A model generated the notes under the pieces. That model was not told the DNA's origin. It saw only the letters and a list, made by a program, of their open reading frames with translations, and did no database searches. A program made the position numbers and the translations under genes. Shown piece after piece: positions 40,726-52,224 of a DNA stretch of 64,000 nucleotides. The stretch comes from Burkholderiales bacterium (lineage in GTDB: Bacteria > Pseudomonadota > Gammaproteobacteria > Burkholderiales > SG8-39), in NCBI GenBank assembly GCA_036394595.1, contig DASWEU010000121.1, forward strand, positions 3,242-67,241, in the 5' to 3' direction. Numbering within the stretch: the first letter of the stretch is position 1; every line of letters starts with the position of its first letter.

Positions 40726-42999
40726 ATGGGCGCAGCAGAAAAAAATACGGCACCCCTTCCCGCGAAGCTCGCGGGCCTGGTGCGCGAAGCCAAGTGGCTC
40801 CTGCTGGTCGGGCTGGCGCTCTACCTGCTTCTCATCTTCGCGACGTTTCACCGCGGCGACCCCGGCTGGTCGCATAGCGCCACCGGCGAGGCGACGCGCA
40901 ACGCCGGCGGCGCCGTCGGCGCCTGGATCTCGGACCTGCTGCTGTACCTCTTCGGCCTGTCGGCTTACTGGTGGGTGGCGCTATGCGCCTACATCGTGGT
41001 CTGGGGTTACCGGCGCCTGGACGGCAGCTCGCTGATCGGGGTGCGCCCGCTGGGCCTTGCCCTGGGCGGGTTCGCGCTGCTGCTCATTGCCAGCGCGTCG
41101 CTCGAGTTCCTGCGCCTGCACAGCCTGCCGGCCGAGCTGCCGCTCGCGCCTGGCGGCATGCTTGGCAACGCGCTCGGTGGCCGCCTGTCGGGCGCGGTCG
41201 GCTTCACCGGCGCCACGCTTGCGCTGCTGACGCTGGTCGCCGTCGGCTTCAGCCTGTTCACCGGCATCTCGTGGCTGCGCATTTCGGAATTCACCGGCTT
41301 CCTGCTCGAATCGGCGTACGCGCTCGGGCGCGGCGCGTGGGAGCGCCGGCGCGACCGCAAGATCGGCGAAGTGGCGCGCGAAGAGCGCGATTTCGTGGTC
41401 GAGACGGAGAAAAAACGCGAGGAAGAGCACCCGCCGCTGCGCATCGAGCCGCAGGTGGTGGAGATCAAGAAATCCGCGCGCGTGCAGAAGGAGAAACAGG
41501 CGCCGCTGTTCGACGAGCTGCCCGACACGCCGCTGCCGCCGCTCAAGCTGCTCGACGAGGCCAAGGCCGACGGCGAGCTGGTGACCCCCGAGACGCTCGA
41601 ATTCACCTCGCGGCTGATCGAGAAGAAGCTCTCGGACTTCGGCGTCGCCGTCAAGGTGCTGGCGGCCTATCCCGGGCCGGTGATCACGCGCTACGAGATC
41701 GAGCCGGCGGTCGGCGTCAAGGGCAGCCAGATCGTCAACCTGGTAAAGGACCTGGCGCGCGCACTGTCGGTGGTCTCGATCCGCGTGGTGGAAACCATCC
41801 CCGGCAAGTCCTGCATGGGCCTCGAGATCCCGAACCCGCACCGGCAGATCGTGCGCCTGACGGAGATCCTCGGCTCCGAGGCCTACCATGCGCTGCATTC
41901 GCCGCTCGCCATTGCGCTTGGCAAGGACATCGGCGGCAACGCGGTGGTCGCGGATCTGCAGAAAATGCCGCACCTGCTGGTGGCCGGCACCACCGGCTCG
42001 GGCAAGTCGGTGGCGTTGAACGCCATGATCCTGTCGCTGCTCTACAAGTCCGAGCCGCGGCATATCCGCCTGATCATGATCGATCCGAAAATGCTCGAGC
42101 TCTCGGTCTACAAGGACATCCCGCACCTGCTCGCGCCGGTAGTGGTGGACATGAAGCAGGCGGTCAATGCGCTCACCTGGTGCGTGGGCGAGATGGACCG
42201 GCGCTACAAGCTGATGAACTGGCTCGGCGTGCGCAACCTGTCGGGGTTCAACCACAAGATCGCCGAGGCCGAGAAGCATGGCAGCAAGCTGGAAGATCCC
42301 TTCACCATCGATTCGGGCGACCCGCAGCCGGTCAAGTCGCTGCCGCACGTGGTAGTGATCATCGACGAGCTGGCCGACCTGATGCTGGTGGTCGGCAAGC
42401 GGGTCGAGGAGCTGATCACGCGCCTCGCCGGCAAGGCGCGCGCCGCCGGCATCCACCTGATCCTCGCCACCCAGCGCCCGTCGGTCGACGTCATTACCGG
42501 CCTGATCAAGGCCAACATCCCCTCGCGCATCGCCTTCCAGGTCTCCTCCAAGGTCGATTCACGCACCATCCTCGACCAGTCGGGCGCGGAGACGCTGCTC
42601 GGCGCGGGCGACATGCTCTACCTGCCGCCCGGCACCGGCCTGCCGATGCGGGTGCACGGCGCCTTCGTCGCCGACCACGAGGTGCACAAGGTGGTCGAGC
42701 ACCTGAAGACGCTCGCCAAGCCCGAGTACCTGGAGGACGTGCTGCAGCCCGCCACCCCCGAGGATGCGCCCGGCGGCGAGGACGGCATGCCGGCCGGCGA
42801 GAAGGATCCGCTCTACGACCAGGCGGTCGAGATCGTGCTGCGCACGCGGCGGCCGTCGATTTCCCTGGTGCAGCGCCACCTGCGCATCGGCTACAACCGC
42901 GCCGCGCGCCTGATCGAGGACATGGAGCGCGCCGGCATGGTCTCCGCCATGCAGTCCAACGGCAACCGCGAAGTCCTGGTTCCCGCCAAGGCGGAGTAG
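40726..42999 (+). CDS. ftsK: DNA translocase FtsK
   Basis: 757 aa. N-terminal TM helices, Walker [15 protein letters not shown], gamma domain [36 protein letters not shown]. Confidence 0.95.
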   Translation: MGAAEKNTAPLPAKLAGLVREAKWLLLVGLALYLLLIFATFHRGDPGWSHSATGEATRNAGGAVGAWISDLLLYLFGLSAYWWVALCAYIVVWGYRRLDGSSLIGVRPLGLALGGFALLLIASASLEFLRLHSLPAELPLAPGGMLGNALGGRLSGAVGFTGATLALLTLVAVGFSLFTGISWLRISEFTGFLLESAYALGRGAWERRRDRKIGEVAREERDFVVETEKKREEEHPPLRIEPQVVEIKKSARVQKEKQAPLFDELPDTPLPPLKLLDEAKADGELVTPETLEFTSRLIEKKLSDFGVAVKVLAAYPGPVITRYEIEPAVGVKGSQIVNLVKDLARALSVVSIRVVETIPGKSCMGLEIPNPHRQIVRLTEILGSEAYHALHSPLAIALGKDIGGNAVVADLQKMPHLLVAGTTGSGKSVALNAMILSLLYKSEPRHIRLIMIDPKMLELSVYKDIPHLLAPVVVDMKQAVNALTWCVGEMDRRYKLMNWLGVRNLSGFNHKIAEAEKHGSKLEDPFTIDSGDPQPVKSLPHVVVIIDELADLMLVVGKRVEELITRLAGKARAAGIHLILATQRPSVDVITGLIKANIPSRIAFQVSSKVDSRTILDQSGAETLLGAGDMLYLPPGTGLPMRVHGAFVADHEVHKVVEHLKTLAKPEYLEDVLQPATPEDAPGGEDGMPAGEKDPLYDQAVEIVLRTRRPSISLVQRHLRIGYNRAARLIEDMERAGMVSAMQSNGNREVLVPAKAE

Positions 43000-43608
43000 A
43001 TGCGGTTCTTGTTTTTCACAATGATGTTTTTTTCCGGAAATTCCCTGGCATCGAGCCTGGAGCATTACCAGGCTTTTCTCAACGGCACGCAATCGGCGCG
43101 CGCCGGCTTCGAGCAGAAGGTCTACGACCGCGACGGCCGTCTGGTGCAGGACACCAAGGGCAGCTTTGTGTTCCAGCGCCCGGGACGTTTCCGCTGGATC
43201 TACGACAAGCCCGCCGACCAGGTGATCGTCGGCGACGGCCAGCGCGTCTGGATCTACGACCGGCAGTTGAACCAGGTGACGGTGCGCAAGGTGGCGCGCG
43301 CGCTCGGCGCGACGCCGGCGGCGCTGCTCGCCGGCGGCACCGGCATCGAGGCATCGTTCGAGCTATCCGATGCCGGCAAGAAGGACGGGCTCGAGTGGAT
43401 GGACGCGAAGCCGCGCGAGGCCGAGGCGGGATTCGCCAAGGTGCGCATGGGCTTCAGCGCCGACGGCCTGGCGGCGATGGAGCTCACCGATCACTTCGGC
43501 CAGGTGACGCGCATGCGCTTCACGAACCTGGTGCGCAATCCCAAGGTGGATGCCGCCGAGTTCCGCTTCGATCCGCCGAAAGGCGCCGACGTCCTGGGCG
43601 ACAAGTAG
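43000..43608 (+). CDS. lolA: Outer-membrane lipoprotein carrier protein LolA
   Basis: 202 aa with a signal peptide. GSFVFQRPGRFRW.Y and VWIYD..LNQV motifs. Conserved position after ftsK. Confidence 0.88.
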   Translation: MRFLFFTMMFFSGNSLASSLEHYQAFLNGTQSARAGFEQKVYDRDGRLVQDTKGSFVFQRPGRFRWIYDKPADQVIVGDGQRVWIYDRQLNQVTVRKVARALGATPAALLAGGTGIEASFELSDAGKKDGLEWMDAKPREAEAGFAKVRMGFSADGLAAMELTDHFGQVTRMRFTNLVRNPKVDAAEFRFDPPKGADVLGDK

Positions 43609-44867
43609 TGAATGATTTATTCAAACGAGAACCAGAAAAACCACTCGCGGAAGCGCTCCGCCCGCGGTCGATCGACGAGGTCGTAGGCCAGGAGCATCTG
43701 CTCGGCGCCGGACGGTCGCTGCGCCTCGCTTTCGAGTCGGGCAAGCCGCATTCGATGATCCTGTGGGGCCCGCCGGGCTCGGGCAAGACCACCATCGCGC
43801 GGCTGATGGCCAGGACCTTCGATGCGGAATTCATCGCGCTGTCGGCGGTGTTCTCCGGCGTCAAGGACATCCGCGACGCGGTGCTGGCGGCGGAGGCCGA
43901 GCTGGCACGCTCCGGGCGGCCGACGATCCTGTTCGTCGACGAAGTGCACCGCTTCAACAAGGCGCAGCAGGATGCCTTCCTGCCCTTTGTCGAGAAGGGC
44001 CTGGTCACCTTCGTCGGCGCCACCACGGAAAATCCTTCCTTCGAGGTCAACAGCGCGTTGCTCTCCAGGGCCACGGTTTACGTTCTGGAACCTTTGAAAG
44101 AGAAGGATCTTGAATTCCTGTTGAAGAAAACCGGAATTCAGGTTGACGACAAGGCCGCCAGCCGCCTGATCGGTTTCGCTGACGGCGACGCGCGCCGCCT
44201 GCTCAACGCCGTGGAGATCCTGGTCAACAGCGGCGCGAAGAGCATCGACGGCGATCTGGTCGAGCGCACGCTGGCGCAGAACCTGCGCCGCTTCGACAAG
44301 GGCGGCGAGCAGTTCTACGACCAGATCTCGGCGCTGCACAAGTCGGTGCGCGGCTCGGATCCCGACGCGGCGCTCTACTGGATGGTGCGCATGCTCGACG
44401 GCGGCGCCGACCCGCTGTACGTCGGCCGGCGCGTGGTGCGCATGGCGGTCGAGGACATCGGCCTGGCCGATCCGCGCGCGCTGGAAGTGGCGCTCAACGC
44501 CTGCGCCACCTACGAGCGCCTCGGCAGCCCCGAAGGCGAACTCGCCCTCGCCGAGGCGGTGCTGTACATGGCGGTGGCGGCGAAATCGAACGCCGTCTAC
44601 GCCGCCTATAATGCGGCGCGCGAATTCGTCTCGCGCGACGGCACGCGGCCGGTGCCGATGCACCTGCGCAACGCGCCGACGCGGCTGATGAAGGACCTGG
44701 GCTACGGCAAGGGCTACCGCTACGCGCACGACGAGCCCGACGCCTTCGCCGCGGGCGAGACCTATTTCCCCGAGGGCATGCCCGCGGTCGAGTGGTACCA
44801 GCCGACCGAGCGCGGCCTCGAGGAACGGATCAGGGCGAAGCTGAAAGAACTGCGAAGCCGGAAATGA
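43608..44867 (+). CDS. rarA: Replication-associated recombination protein A (AAA+ ATPase)
   Basis: 419 aa from GTG 43608, which overlaps the lolA stop by 1 nt. [60 protein letters not shown]. Confidence 0.92.
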   Translation: MNDLFKREPEKPLAEALRPRSIDEVVGQEHLLGAGRSLRLAFESGKPHSMILWGPPGSGKTTIARLMARTFDAEFIALSAVFSGVKDIRDAVLAAEAELARSGRPTILFVDEVHRFNKAQQDAFLPFVEKGLVTFVGATTENPSFEVNSALLSRATVYVLEPLKEKDLEFLLKKTGIQVDDKAASRLIGFADGDARRLLNAVEILVNSGAKSIDGDLVERTLAQNLRRFDKGGEQFYDQISALHKSVRGSDPDAALYWMVRMLDGGADPLYVGRRVVRMAVEDIGLADPRALEVALNACATYERLGSPEGELALAEAVLYMAVAAKSNAVYAAYNAAREFVSRDGTRPVPMHLRNAPTRLMKDLGYGKGYRYAHDEPDAFAAGETYFPEGMPAVEWYQPTERGLEERIRAKLKELRSRK

Positions 44868-46144
44868 TCGACATTCACCTCCTCCGAACGGACGCCGATG
44901 CCGTCGCGCGCCGCCTGAAAACGCGCGGCTACGAGCTCGACGCTACGGCTTTCCGGAAATTGGAAGAGAAAAGGAAATCAATTCAGACGGCCACGGAAGG
45001 CTACCAATCCCAGCGCAATTCGCTGTCCAAGCAGATCGGGAATGCGAAAGCAAAAAAAGACCAGAAACTCGTCGACAAGATCATGGCCGAAGTCGCCGAG
45101 TTCGGCGACAAGCTGAAGAAATTGGAAGTTGAGAATGAAGAAATTCAGGCGCAGCAGCGCGAATTTGTTTCGCTGATTCCCAATATCCCGCACGAAAGCG
45201 TTCCAGTCGGCGATTCCTCGGACCAGAACGCCGAGCAGCGCCGCTGGGGCACGCCGCCCAGATTCGGCTTTGCGAGCAAGGACCACGTCGATCTCGGCGC
45301 GGGATTGCAGGGCATCGATTTCGATACCGCGGCGAAGATCGCGGGCGCACGGTTCGCGGTGATGAAGGGCGGGATCGCGCGCCTGCACCGGGCTCTGACG
45401 CAATTCATGCTCGATGTGCACACGCAGGAACATGGCTACACCGAGGTCTATGTTCCGTACCTGGTGAGCGGCGCCTGCGCGGACGGCGTCTCCAGCCTGT
45501 CGAAATTCAAGGGCGATCTGTTCAAGATCGAGGGGCGGGACCTGTACCTGATCCCGACGGCCGAGTACCCGGTGACCAATTTCGTGCGCGACGAGATCGT
45601 CCCGCTCGAGAAACTGCCGCTGAAATACGTCTGCCACTCGCCGTGCTTCCGCTCCGAGGCGGGGGCCGCCGGCAAGGACACCCGCGGCATGATCCGCAAT
45701 CACCAGTTCGACAAGGTGGAGCTGGTGCAGGTCGTCCATCCGGCGAAGTCCTACGAGGGGCACGAAGAACTGACCCGGCACGCCGAAGCGATCCTGAAGC
45801 GGCTGGAGCTTCCTTATCGGGTGGTCACGCTCTGCACGGGCGACACCGGATTTTCCGCGGCCAAGACCTACGACCTGGAGGTCTGGCTCCCCGGCCAGAA
45901 CGCCTATCGCGAGATTTCATCCTGCTCCAATTTCGAAGCCTTCCAGGCGCGCCGCATGCAGGCGCGCTTTCGCAACGACAAGGGCAAGGCCGAGCCGGTG
46001 CACACGCTGAACGGCTCGGCGCTCGCCGTCGGCCGCACGCTGGTCGCGATCCTCGAGAATTTCCAGAACGCCGACGGTTCGGTGAACGTTCCCGCGGCGC
46101 TGCATTCCTACATGGGCGGCGTCGAGAAGCTCAGCCGCCCCTGA
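44864..46144 (+). CDS. serS: Serine--tRNA ligase
   Basis: 426 aa from ATG 44864 (ATGA overlap with the rarA stop). N-terminal coiled-coil arm. Class II motifs ([31 protein letters not shown]). Confidence 0.95.
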   Translation: MIDIHLLRTDADAVARRLKTRGYELDATAFRKLEEKRKSIQTATEGYQSQRNSLSKQIGNAKAKKDQKLVDKIMAEVAEFGDKLKKLEVENEEIQAQQREFVSLIPNIPHESVPVGDSSDQNAEQRRWGTPPRFGFASKDHVDLGAGLQGIDFDTAAKIAGARFAVMKGGIARLHRALTQFMLDVHTQEHGYTEVYVPYLVSGACADGVSSLSKFKGDLFKIEGRDLYLIPTAEYPVTNFVRDEIVPLEKLPLKYVCHSPCFRSEAGAAGKDTRGMIRNHQFDKVELVQVVHPAKSYEGHEELTRHAEAILKRLELPYRVVTLCTGDTGFSAAKTYDLEVWLPGQNAYREISSCSNFEAFQARRMQARFRNDKGKAEPVHTLNGSALAVGRTLVAILENFQNADGSVNVPAALHSYMGGVEKLSRP

Positions 46145-46150
46145 TAGAAT
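46142..46150 (+). promoter_or_regulatory. Candidate extended -10 promoter element (TGaTAGAAT) for tRNA-Ser
   Basis: TGATAGAAT begins with the serS stop codon TGA and ends 11 nt before the first tRNA nucleotide. No clear -35. Pattern-based only. Confidence 0.4.
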
Positions 46151-46161
46151 TTCCCTGCCGC

Positions 46162-46895
<734 letters not shown>

Positions 46896-46896
46896 G

Positions 46897-48654
46897 TCAG
46901 TACGGAACCCGCACGATGAGCTGCGTCCCGCGCTCGGGCAGCGCCCGAACCTCGAAGCGTCCGCCGACCGCCTGCGACCGTTCCCTCATCGTCACCATGC
47001 CAAGACCCGGCTGCTGCTTGTCCGCGCCGTCCGTGGTGCTGAAGCCGATGCCGTCGTCTTCCACGGACATCACGCATTCGCCGTTCGCCTGATCGAGCGC
47101 AATGTCGACGCGCCGCGCGCCGGCGTGTTTTGCGACGTTATTGAGCGCCTCCTGCGCAATGCGGAAGAGCGCGATTTCGACCTGGGGAGCCGGCCGCACG
47201 GCCGGGTCGCTACCGCGCACCGCGACCGCGATGCCGGTGCGCTTGGAGAAATTTCTCGCGTGCCAGTGCAGGGCCGACGCGAGTCCGTGGTGGTCGAGCA
47301 TTGGCGGCCGCAGTTCGGACATGACGTTCTCGATCGTATCCATCGTCGACTCGAGCAGCGCCGCCGAATCGGCGACCCTTGCGACGATCTCTTCGTTTTC
47401 CTGCGAGGCGAGCACGGGCTGCAGGATGTCGAGATTGATTTTCAGGGCGGTCAGGTTCTGGCCGACGCGGTCATGCAGCTCGCGCGCGAGGTCCTTGCGC
47501 TCGGACTCCTGCAGCTCGACCAGCCGCCGCGACAGCGCCTGGAGCTGCACGCCGGAATCGCGCAACGCGTCCCCGGCGCGCTTCCGGTCCTCGATGTCGG
47601 TGCTGGTTCCGTACCACTTGACGACTTTTCCCCGCTCATCGCTCAGCGGCACGGTGCGGACCAGGAACCAGCGATATTCCCCGTCGGCGCGGCGCAAGCG
47701 CATCTCATACTCACAAGGTCTCCCGGCAGCCATATCGACCCGCCACTTCTCCAGGATCTCCGCGAGATCTTCGGGATGAACGACGCGGTTTGCGTTTGCA
47801 AGAGCTTCCGTCAAGGAGAGTCCCGTGTACTCCATCCAGCGCTGATTGACGAAATCAACGGTGCCGTCGGGCAGGAGGCTCCAGGCCATCGTGGGAATCG
47901 TGTCAATTACAAGCCGAAGGTGGTGTTCTGCGCGCTTGCGCTCGGAAATATCGTCGAGCACCACGATGATGTGTTCCTTCCCCGGACAATACGCCGAGAC
48001 GGAAAGCCACTTCTTCAGGGCTGCGGAGTAGATTTCAAATCGCTCCGGCTGGCCGGTGATGGCCACCCTGCCGGATCGCTCGATAAAATCCGCGTCGAAC
48101 TTGCGAGCGTCTGGCGTGAGTTCGGACGCTTTCCGCCCGACGACATTCGTCAAGCCGGTCAACTTGTGCCACGCCGGATTCACTTCAAGATAGAGGGCGT
48201 CGCGCGGCTGACCGTCCTCGAACAGCATCCGAAGGTATGCGACACCTTCCGCCATGTTTTCGAACAGCGAAAGGTAGCGCTGCTCGCTCTCCCGCAGCGC
48301 CTCCATTGCCTTTCTTTGCGCCGTGCTCAACCACAGGACCAAGACGCCCGTCAGCGCCGCAAAAAGCAGGCGCGGCAGCTGCATCTCCTTTTCCGCAGAT
48401 GACAGATCAACGGGACTGATGACGTAGTATTGAAAAGCCAGAATGGAGAGCGCGACGGCAAACAGGCCCGGCCTGACTCCTCCAAACCAGGCGCCGAACG
48501 CAATGGCGAACAGAAACGGGACTAAAGGCTCATAACCGAACTGGATTTGCAGCCACCGCGCGATGAATAGCGCGAAAGTCACCGACAGAGCAGCCACCCC
48601 ATAGTTCACCAGCACGGGCGGGTTGTGCCACCGGAAAGTATCAAGAGCCGACAT
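46897..48654 (-). CDS. Sensor histidine kinase: DUF4118-like membrane domain, two PAS domains, HisKA_3, HATPase
   Basis: 585 aa. Four N-terminal TM segments, two PAS cores, H-box LARELHDRVGQNL, and an ATPase N/G region (EALNNVAKHA, DDGIGF, GLGMVTMRER). One nt separates it from the downstream RR gene. Confidence 0.9.
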   Translation of the reverse strand: MSALDTFRWHNPPVLVNYGVAALSVTFALFIARWLQIQFGYEPLVPFLFAIAFGAWFGGVRPGLFAVALSILAFQYYVISPVDLSSAEKEMQLPRLLFAALTGVLVLWLSTAQRKAMEALRESEQRYLSLFENMAEGVAYLRMLFEDGQPRDALYLEVNPAWHKLTGLTNVVGRKASELTPDARKFDADFIERSGRVAITGQPERFEIYSAALKKWLSVSAYCPGKEHIIVVLDDISERKRAEHHLRLVIDTIPTMAWSLLPDGTVDFVNQRWMEYTGLSLTEALANANRVVHPEDLAEILEKWRVDMAAGRPCEYEMRLRRADGEYRWFLVRTVPLSDERGKVVKWYGTSTDIEDRKRAGDALRDSGVQLQALSRRLVELQESERKDLARELHDRVGQNLTALKINLDILQPVLASQENEEIVARVADSAALLESTMDTIENVMSELRPPMLDHHGLASALHWHARNFSKRTGIAVAVRGSDPAVRPAPQVEIALFRIAQEALNNVAKHAGARRVDIALDQANGECVMSVEDDGIGFSTTDGADKQQPGLGMVTMRERSQAVGGRFEVRALPERGTQLIVRVPY

Positions 48655-48823
48655 AGTCCTTGTCGCTGGCGAGCTGTCTAGCCGCGAAGATTATGTGCCC
48701 AAGACGCCGGCTCCGGAAGGGTGACAATCCGATCGAATAGCAACGGCGCAGGCGGTGTCAGGAAAACTCTGACACGATTTGTCGGCTGTAGGCGACCGCA
48801 TCCGCAGGGCTTCACGACTAGAG

Positions 48824-48847
48824 TTCAAGTTGAATGCTTTCATTCAA
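48824..48847. promoter_or_regulatory. Nested inverted repeats TTCAA-g-TTGAATG-cttt-CATTCAA in the divergent HK / REC-EAL region (candidate operator)
   Basis: TTGAATG (48830-48836) and CATTCAA (48841-48847) are perfect 7-bp inverted repeats with a 4-nt spacer. TTCAA (48824-48828) forms a second palindrome with TTGAA. The region is locally AT-rich. Confidence 0.35.
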
Positions 48848-48867
48848 TTCTCCCTGACGCTCCGATC

Positions 48868-51840
48868 GTGGTCCAGCCAGACCGCATTCGGATCCTGTTT
48901 GTCGAAGACAAGCTCGTCGACGTAGAGCTGGAAGTGCGGGAACTCTCGCGCGCCGGATTGGCGATCGAGCATCGTGTCGTCGATTGCAGGGAAGACCTGA
49001 TCCGCGAACTCGCCGCGTTCCGGCCGCACATCATCCTGTCGGACTTTTCCATGCCGAATTTCGACGGCCTCACTGCGCTGGCGATCGCTCGCGAGGTGGC
49101 GCCGTATATCCCCTTCATCTTCGTTTCGGGAACGCTCGGCGAAGACCACGCAATTCGCGCGCTCAAGGACGGCGCGACCGACTATGTCCTGAAGACGAAT
49201 CTGATTCGCCTGCCCTCTGCGGTCGAGCGCGCGCTGCTGCAGGCGCGCGAGCAGGCGGCCAAGCGTGACGCGGAGCAGGCATTGCGGGAAAGCGAGGTGA
49301 AGTACCGCACGCTGGTGGACACCATGAACGAAGGGCTCGGCGTTCAAGACGAGAACGGGACGATCACGTTCATGAACAGGCGGGCCTGCGAAATGCTCGG
49401 CTACGAATCCCATGAACTGCTCGGCAAGCCGGCGGCTTCACTATTCGACGAGCAAAACCGGAAAATACTGCGGCAGCAGATGACGGGAAGGCTGAAGGGC
49501 GAACGGCAGCGGTTTGAGATTGCGTGGCTACGCAAGGACGGGGGAAAGATCGACACCATCATCGCGCCAAGCCCGCGCTTCGATGAACAGGGGCGGCTGG
49601 TCGAAAGCGTGGCCGTCATTACCGACATTACCGAGCGCAAGCGTGCGGAGCACGAACTGCAGCGATTCCGCATGGCAATGGACGTCTCGCCCGACTCGAT
49701 GTACCTGACCGATCCTGCGGCCATGCGCTTCGTCTACCTCAACGATACGGCCTGCCAGCGGCTCGGCTACAGCCGCGACCGGCTGCTGCAGATGGGCCCG
49801 CAGGACGTCCTCCCCATCGGTCGCGAGCTGCTCAGCCGCGGGTATGACGAGGTGATCGCCGCCGGCGTGCGGGGCGTGATTCACGAGAGCCCCTTTGTCC
49901 AAAGCGATGGCACCAAGGGGTGGGCCGAGATTCATAGCCGGGCGTTGCACACCGGGGAGGGAGCGCTGATCGTCACGATTGGCCGCAACATCACCGAGCG
50001 CAAGCGGGTGGACGAGCAGGTCAGGCGGCTGAATCGCGTGCACGCGGTCCTGAGCGGCATCAATGCGGCGATCGTTCGCATTAGCGACAGGCAGGAGCTA
50101 TTTCAGGAATCCTGCCGCATCGCGGTCGAGGCGGGGCGCTTTGTCATGGCCTGGATCGGCATCGTCGATCAAGAGGGCTCCCTGGTGAAGCCGGTGGCCT
50201 GGGCTGGAGACGTGCGGGGCTTTTTTGATGCCGCTCCCATGGCCGTGCTCGAGAATACGCCGGGTGGACACGGTCTCGCGGGGCGCGCGATTCGTTCCAA
50301 GATCGCCGTGGTCTCGAATAACGTAAAAAGCGATCCACAGAGACTGATGCGCAAGGAATTGGACGAGCGCGGCATCAATTCTCTCGCTGTCTTTCCCCTG
50401 ATGGTCAACGACGAGGCCGTCGGGGCGCTCGCCTTGTACGCCGCGGATGTGGAGTTTTTCGACGATCAGGAAATGCGTCTGCTCACCGACCTCGCGGGCG
50501 ACGTCTCGTTCGCGCTCGATCACATCGAAAAAGCGGAAAGGCTCGACTACCTCTCCTACTACGACCCCCTCACGGGGCTTCCCAATCGCTCGCAGTTCCA
50601 CGAACGGCTCAAGCTTCAGCTGGAAGACGCGGCGCGGGAAAACGAGAAGGTCGCGCTGCAGATTCTGGACATCGAGCGCTTCAAAACCATCAACGACACC
50701 CTTGGCCGCCCGGCTGGGGATGCGCTGTTGGGGCAGGTTGCGAGCCGCATGAAGCAAGGCGCGCATGCCACCAGTTGGTTCGCGCGCATCGGCGCAGATC
50801 ACTTCTCGATCGTGGTGCCCGAAGTGACGACCGAAGAGGGGCTCGCCCGGCACACCGAGAAGCGATTGGCCGAGATGTTCGGCTCCCCTTTTACCGTCAC
50901 CGGCATGGAGTTGCGGACTGCAGCCCGAATCGGCATCGCGCTGTTTCCCAATGACGGCGCGGACGTCGACACCCTGCTGCGTAACGCCGAGGCGGCTCTC
51001 AAGAAGGCCAAGGCAATCGGGGAGCGCTATCTGTTCTACGCGCGGGAAATGACCGAGCGCGTCGCGGAGAAGCTCGCGCTGGAAAACAAGCTGCGCCAGG
51101 CGATCGAGAAGAACGAGTTCGTTCTGCACTACCAGCCCAAGGTGGATCTGGACCATCGCGGCATCGTCGGCGTCGAGGCGCTGATCCGCTGGCAAAGCCC
51201 CGAGCTCGGCCTGGTGCCCCCGGGGCGCTTCATTCCCCTGCTCGAGGAGACCGGGCTGATTCTGCCGGTCGGCTCGTGGGCGCTGACGCGCGCGGCGATC
51301 GATCATCGCGCCTGGGTGGAGCAAAAGCTGAAGGCGCCCCGGGTAGCCGTGAATGTGTCGCAGATCCAGCTGCGGCAGCGCGACTTCGTACCGGTGGTGG
51401 AGCAGGCCATCATCGACGGCGTCGCGCCGACCGGGATCGATCTCGAGATCACGGAAAGCCTGCTGATGCAGGATGTCCAGGCCAACATCGACAAGCTCAA
51501 CGCGGTGCGCGGGCTGGGCGTGAGGATCGCGATCGACGACTTCGGCACGGGCTATTCATCGCTCGGCTACCTCGCCAGGCTGCCGGTGGAGACCCTCAAG
51601 ATCGACCGATCGTTCATCATCTCCATGCTGGACGACGCGGATACCATGACCCTGGTACGGACGATGATTTCCCTGGCGCACTCCCTCAGGCTCAAGGTGG
51701 TCGCAGAAGGCGTGGAAACGGAAGAGCAAGCGAGGATGCTGCGCTTGCTACGCTGCGACGAGATGCAGGGCTACCTGTTCAGCCGGCCGGTTCCTTTCGA
51801 CCAGATGACAGCCATGCTCGCGCGGGGCGCCGGGGACTAG
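48868..51840 (+). CDS. Multidomain c-di-GMP protein: REC, PAS, PAS, GAF, degenerate GGDEF (GADHF), EAL
   Basis: REC (RILFVEDK, ILSDFSMP). Two PAS domains each ending in ITERKR. GAF. GGDEF fold with YDPLTGLPNR but RIGADHF at the A-site. EAL domain with all catalytic blocks (EALIRW, NVS, EITES, DDFGTGYSSL, KIDRSF, EGVETEEQ, QGYLFSRP). The start is uncertain. I prefer GTG 48868 (MVQPDRIRILF...) to the track start 48721, which would place the palindromes inside the CDS. Confidence 0.85.
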   Translation: MVQPDRIRILFVEDKLVDVELEVRELSRAGLAIEHRVVDCREDLIRELAAFRPHIILSDFSMPNFDGLTALAIAREVAPYIPFIFVSGTLGEDHAIRALKDGATDYVLKTNLIRLPSAVERALLQAREQAAKRDAEQALRESEVKYRTLVDTMNEGLGVQDENGTITFMNRRACEMLGYESHELLGKPAASLFDEQNRKILRQQMTGRLKGERQRFEIAWLRKDGGKIDTIIAPSPRFDEQGRLVESVAVITDITERKRAEHELQRFRMAMDVSPDSMYLTDPAAMRFVYLNDTACQRLGYSRDRLLQMGPQDVLPIGRELLSRGYDEVIAAGVRGVIHESPFVQSDGTKGWAEIHSRALHTGEGALIVTIGRNITERKRVDEQVRRLNRVHAVLSGINAAIVRISDRQELFQESCRIAVEAGRFVMAWIGIVDQEGSLVKPVAWAGDVRGFFDAAPMAVLENTPGGHGLAGRAIRSKIAVVSNNVKSDPQRLMRKELDERGINSLAVFPLMVNDEAVGALALYAADVEFFDDQEMRLLTDLAGDVSFALDHIEKAERLDYLSYYDPLTGLPNRSQFHERLKLQLEDAARENEKVALQILDIERFKTINDTLGRPAGDALLGQVASRMKQGAHATSWFARIGADHFSIVVPEVTTEEGLARHTEKRLAEMFGSPFTVTGMELRTAARIGIALFPNDGADVDTLLRNAEAALKKAKAIGERYLFYAREMTERVAEKLALENKLRQAIEKNEFVLHYQPKVDLDHRGIVGVEALIRWQSPELGLVPPGRFIPLLEETGLILPVGSWALTRAAIDHRAWVEQKLKAPRVAVNVSQIQLRQRDFVPVVEQAIIDGVAPTGIDLEITESLLMQDVQANIDKLNAVRGLGVRIAIDDFGTGYSSLGYLARLPVETLKIDRSFIISMLDDADTMTLVRTMISLAHSLRLKVVAEGVETEEQARMLRLLRCDEMQGYLFSRPVPFDQMTAMLARGAGD

Positions 51841-52130
51841 AGGTCCTTGAAGCGCGTACGGGCTTTCTCGACCGCGTCGTGCATGGTCTTACGCGCCTCG
51901 TCCGCGGCGTTCGCGATCTCCTGCCAGGCGTCGGTCGAGGCGCCTTTCACCAGTTCCATGCGGAACACCACGTCGTCGAGGCGGCTGCGCATGATGCCCA
52001 TCTGCTTTTCGAGCTCGCTCCTGGCGCTGGTCGAGGCCTGACGGGCGGCCGACTCCCACGCCGTCATCTGGGTATTCCACTGGTCTAGTTGCGACTTCCA
52101 TTGTTTGACATATTCGTCGCGGCTGGGCAT
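51837..52130 (-). CDS. Small hypothetical helical/coiled-coil protein
   Basis: 97 aa with a strong SD (GAGGAGGA) 6 nt upstream of the ATG. Trp/Gln/Glu-rich amphipathic helices. No family recognised. Confidence 0.65.
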   Translation of the reverse strand: MPSRDEYVKQWKSQLDQWNTQMTAWESAARQASTSARSELEKQMGIMRSRLDDVVFRMELVKGASTDAWQEIANAADEARKTMHDAVEKARTRFKDL

Positions 52131-52224
52131 GGGTATCCTCCTCTGCGTCTAAGCAATTCTCCATCGTTATTAGGCACCCGAGTTTGCCGTTTGTCCTGAA
52201 TTGATAACATTGCGCTTCCCCGCG

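Noticed and set aside
40971-43607. N-terminal ~880 aa of the 1298-aa + strand ORF 40971-44867
   Set aside because: This part is an off-frame read-through of ftsK and lolA (Arg/Gly/Ala-rich, no motifs). Only the last 419 codons (from GTG 43608) encode RarA. Similar trimming applies to 7055-8338, 15810-17339, 17413-19776, 23688-26159, 32034-32444, 33023-33709, 39085-40692, 44792-46144, 53649-55151, 55756-57822 and 59939-60958.
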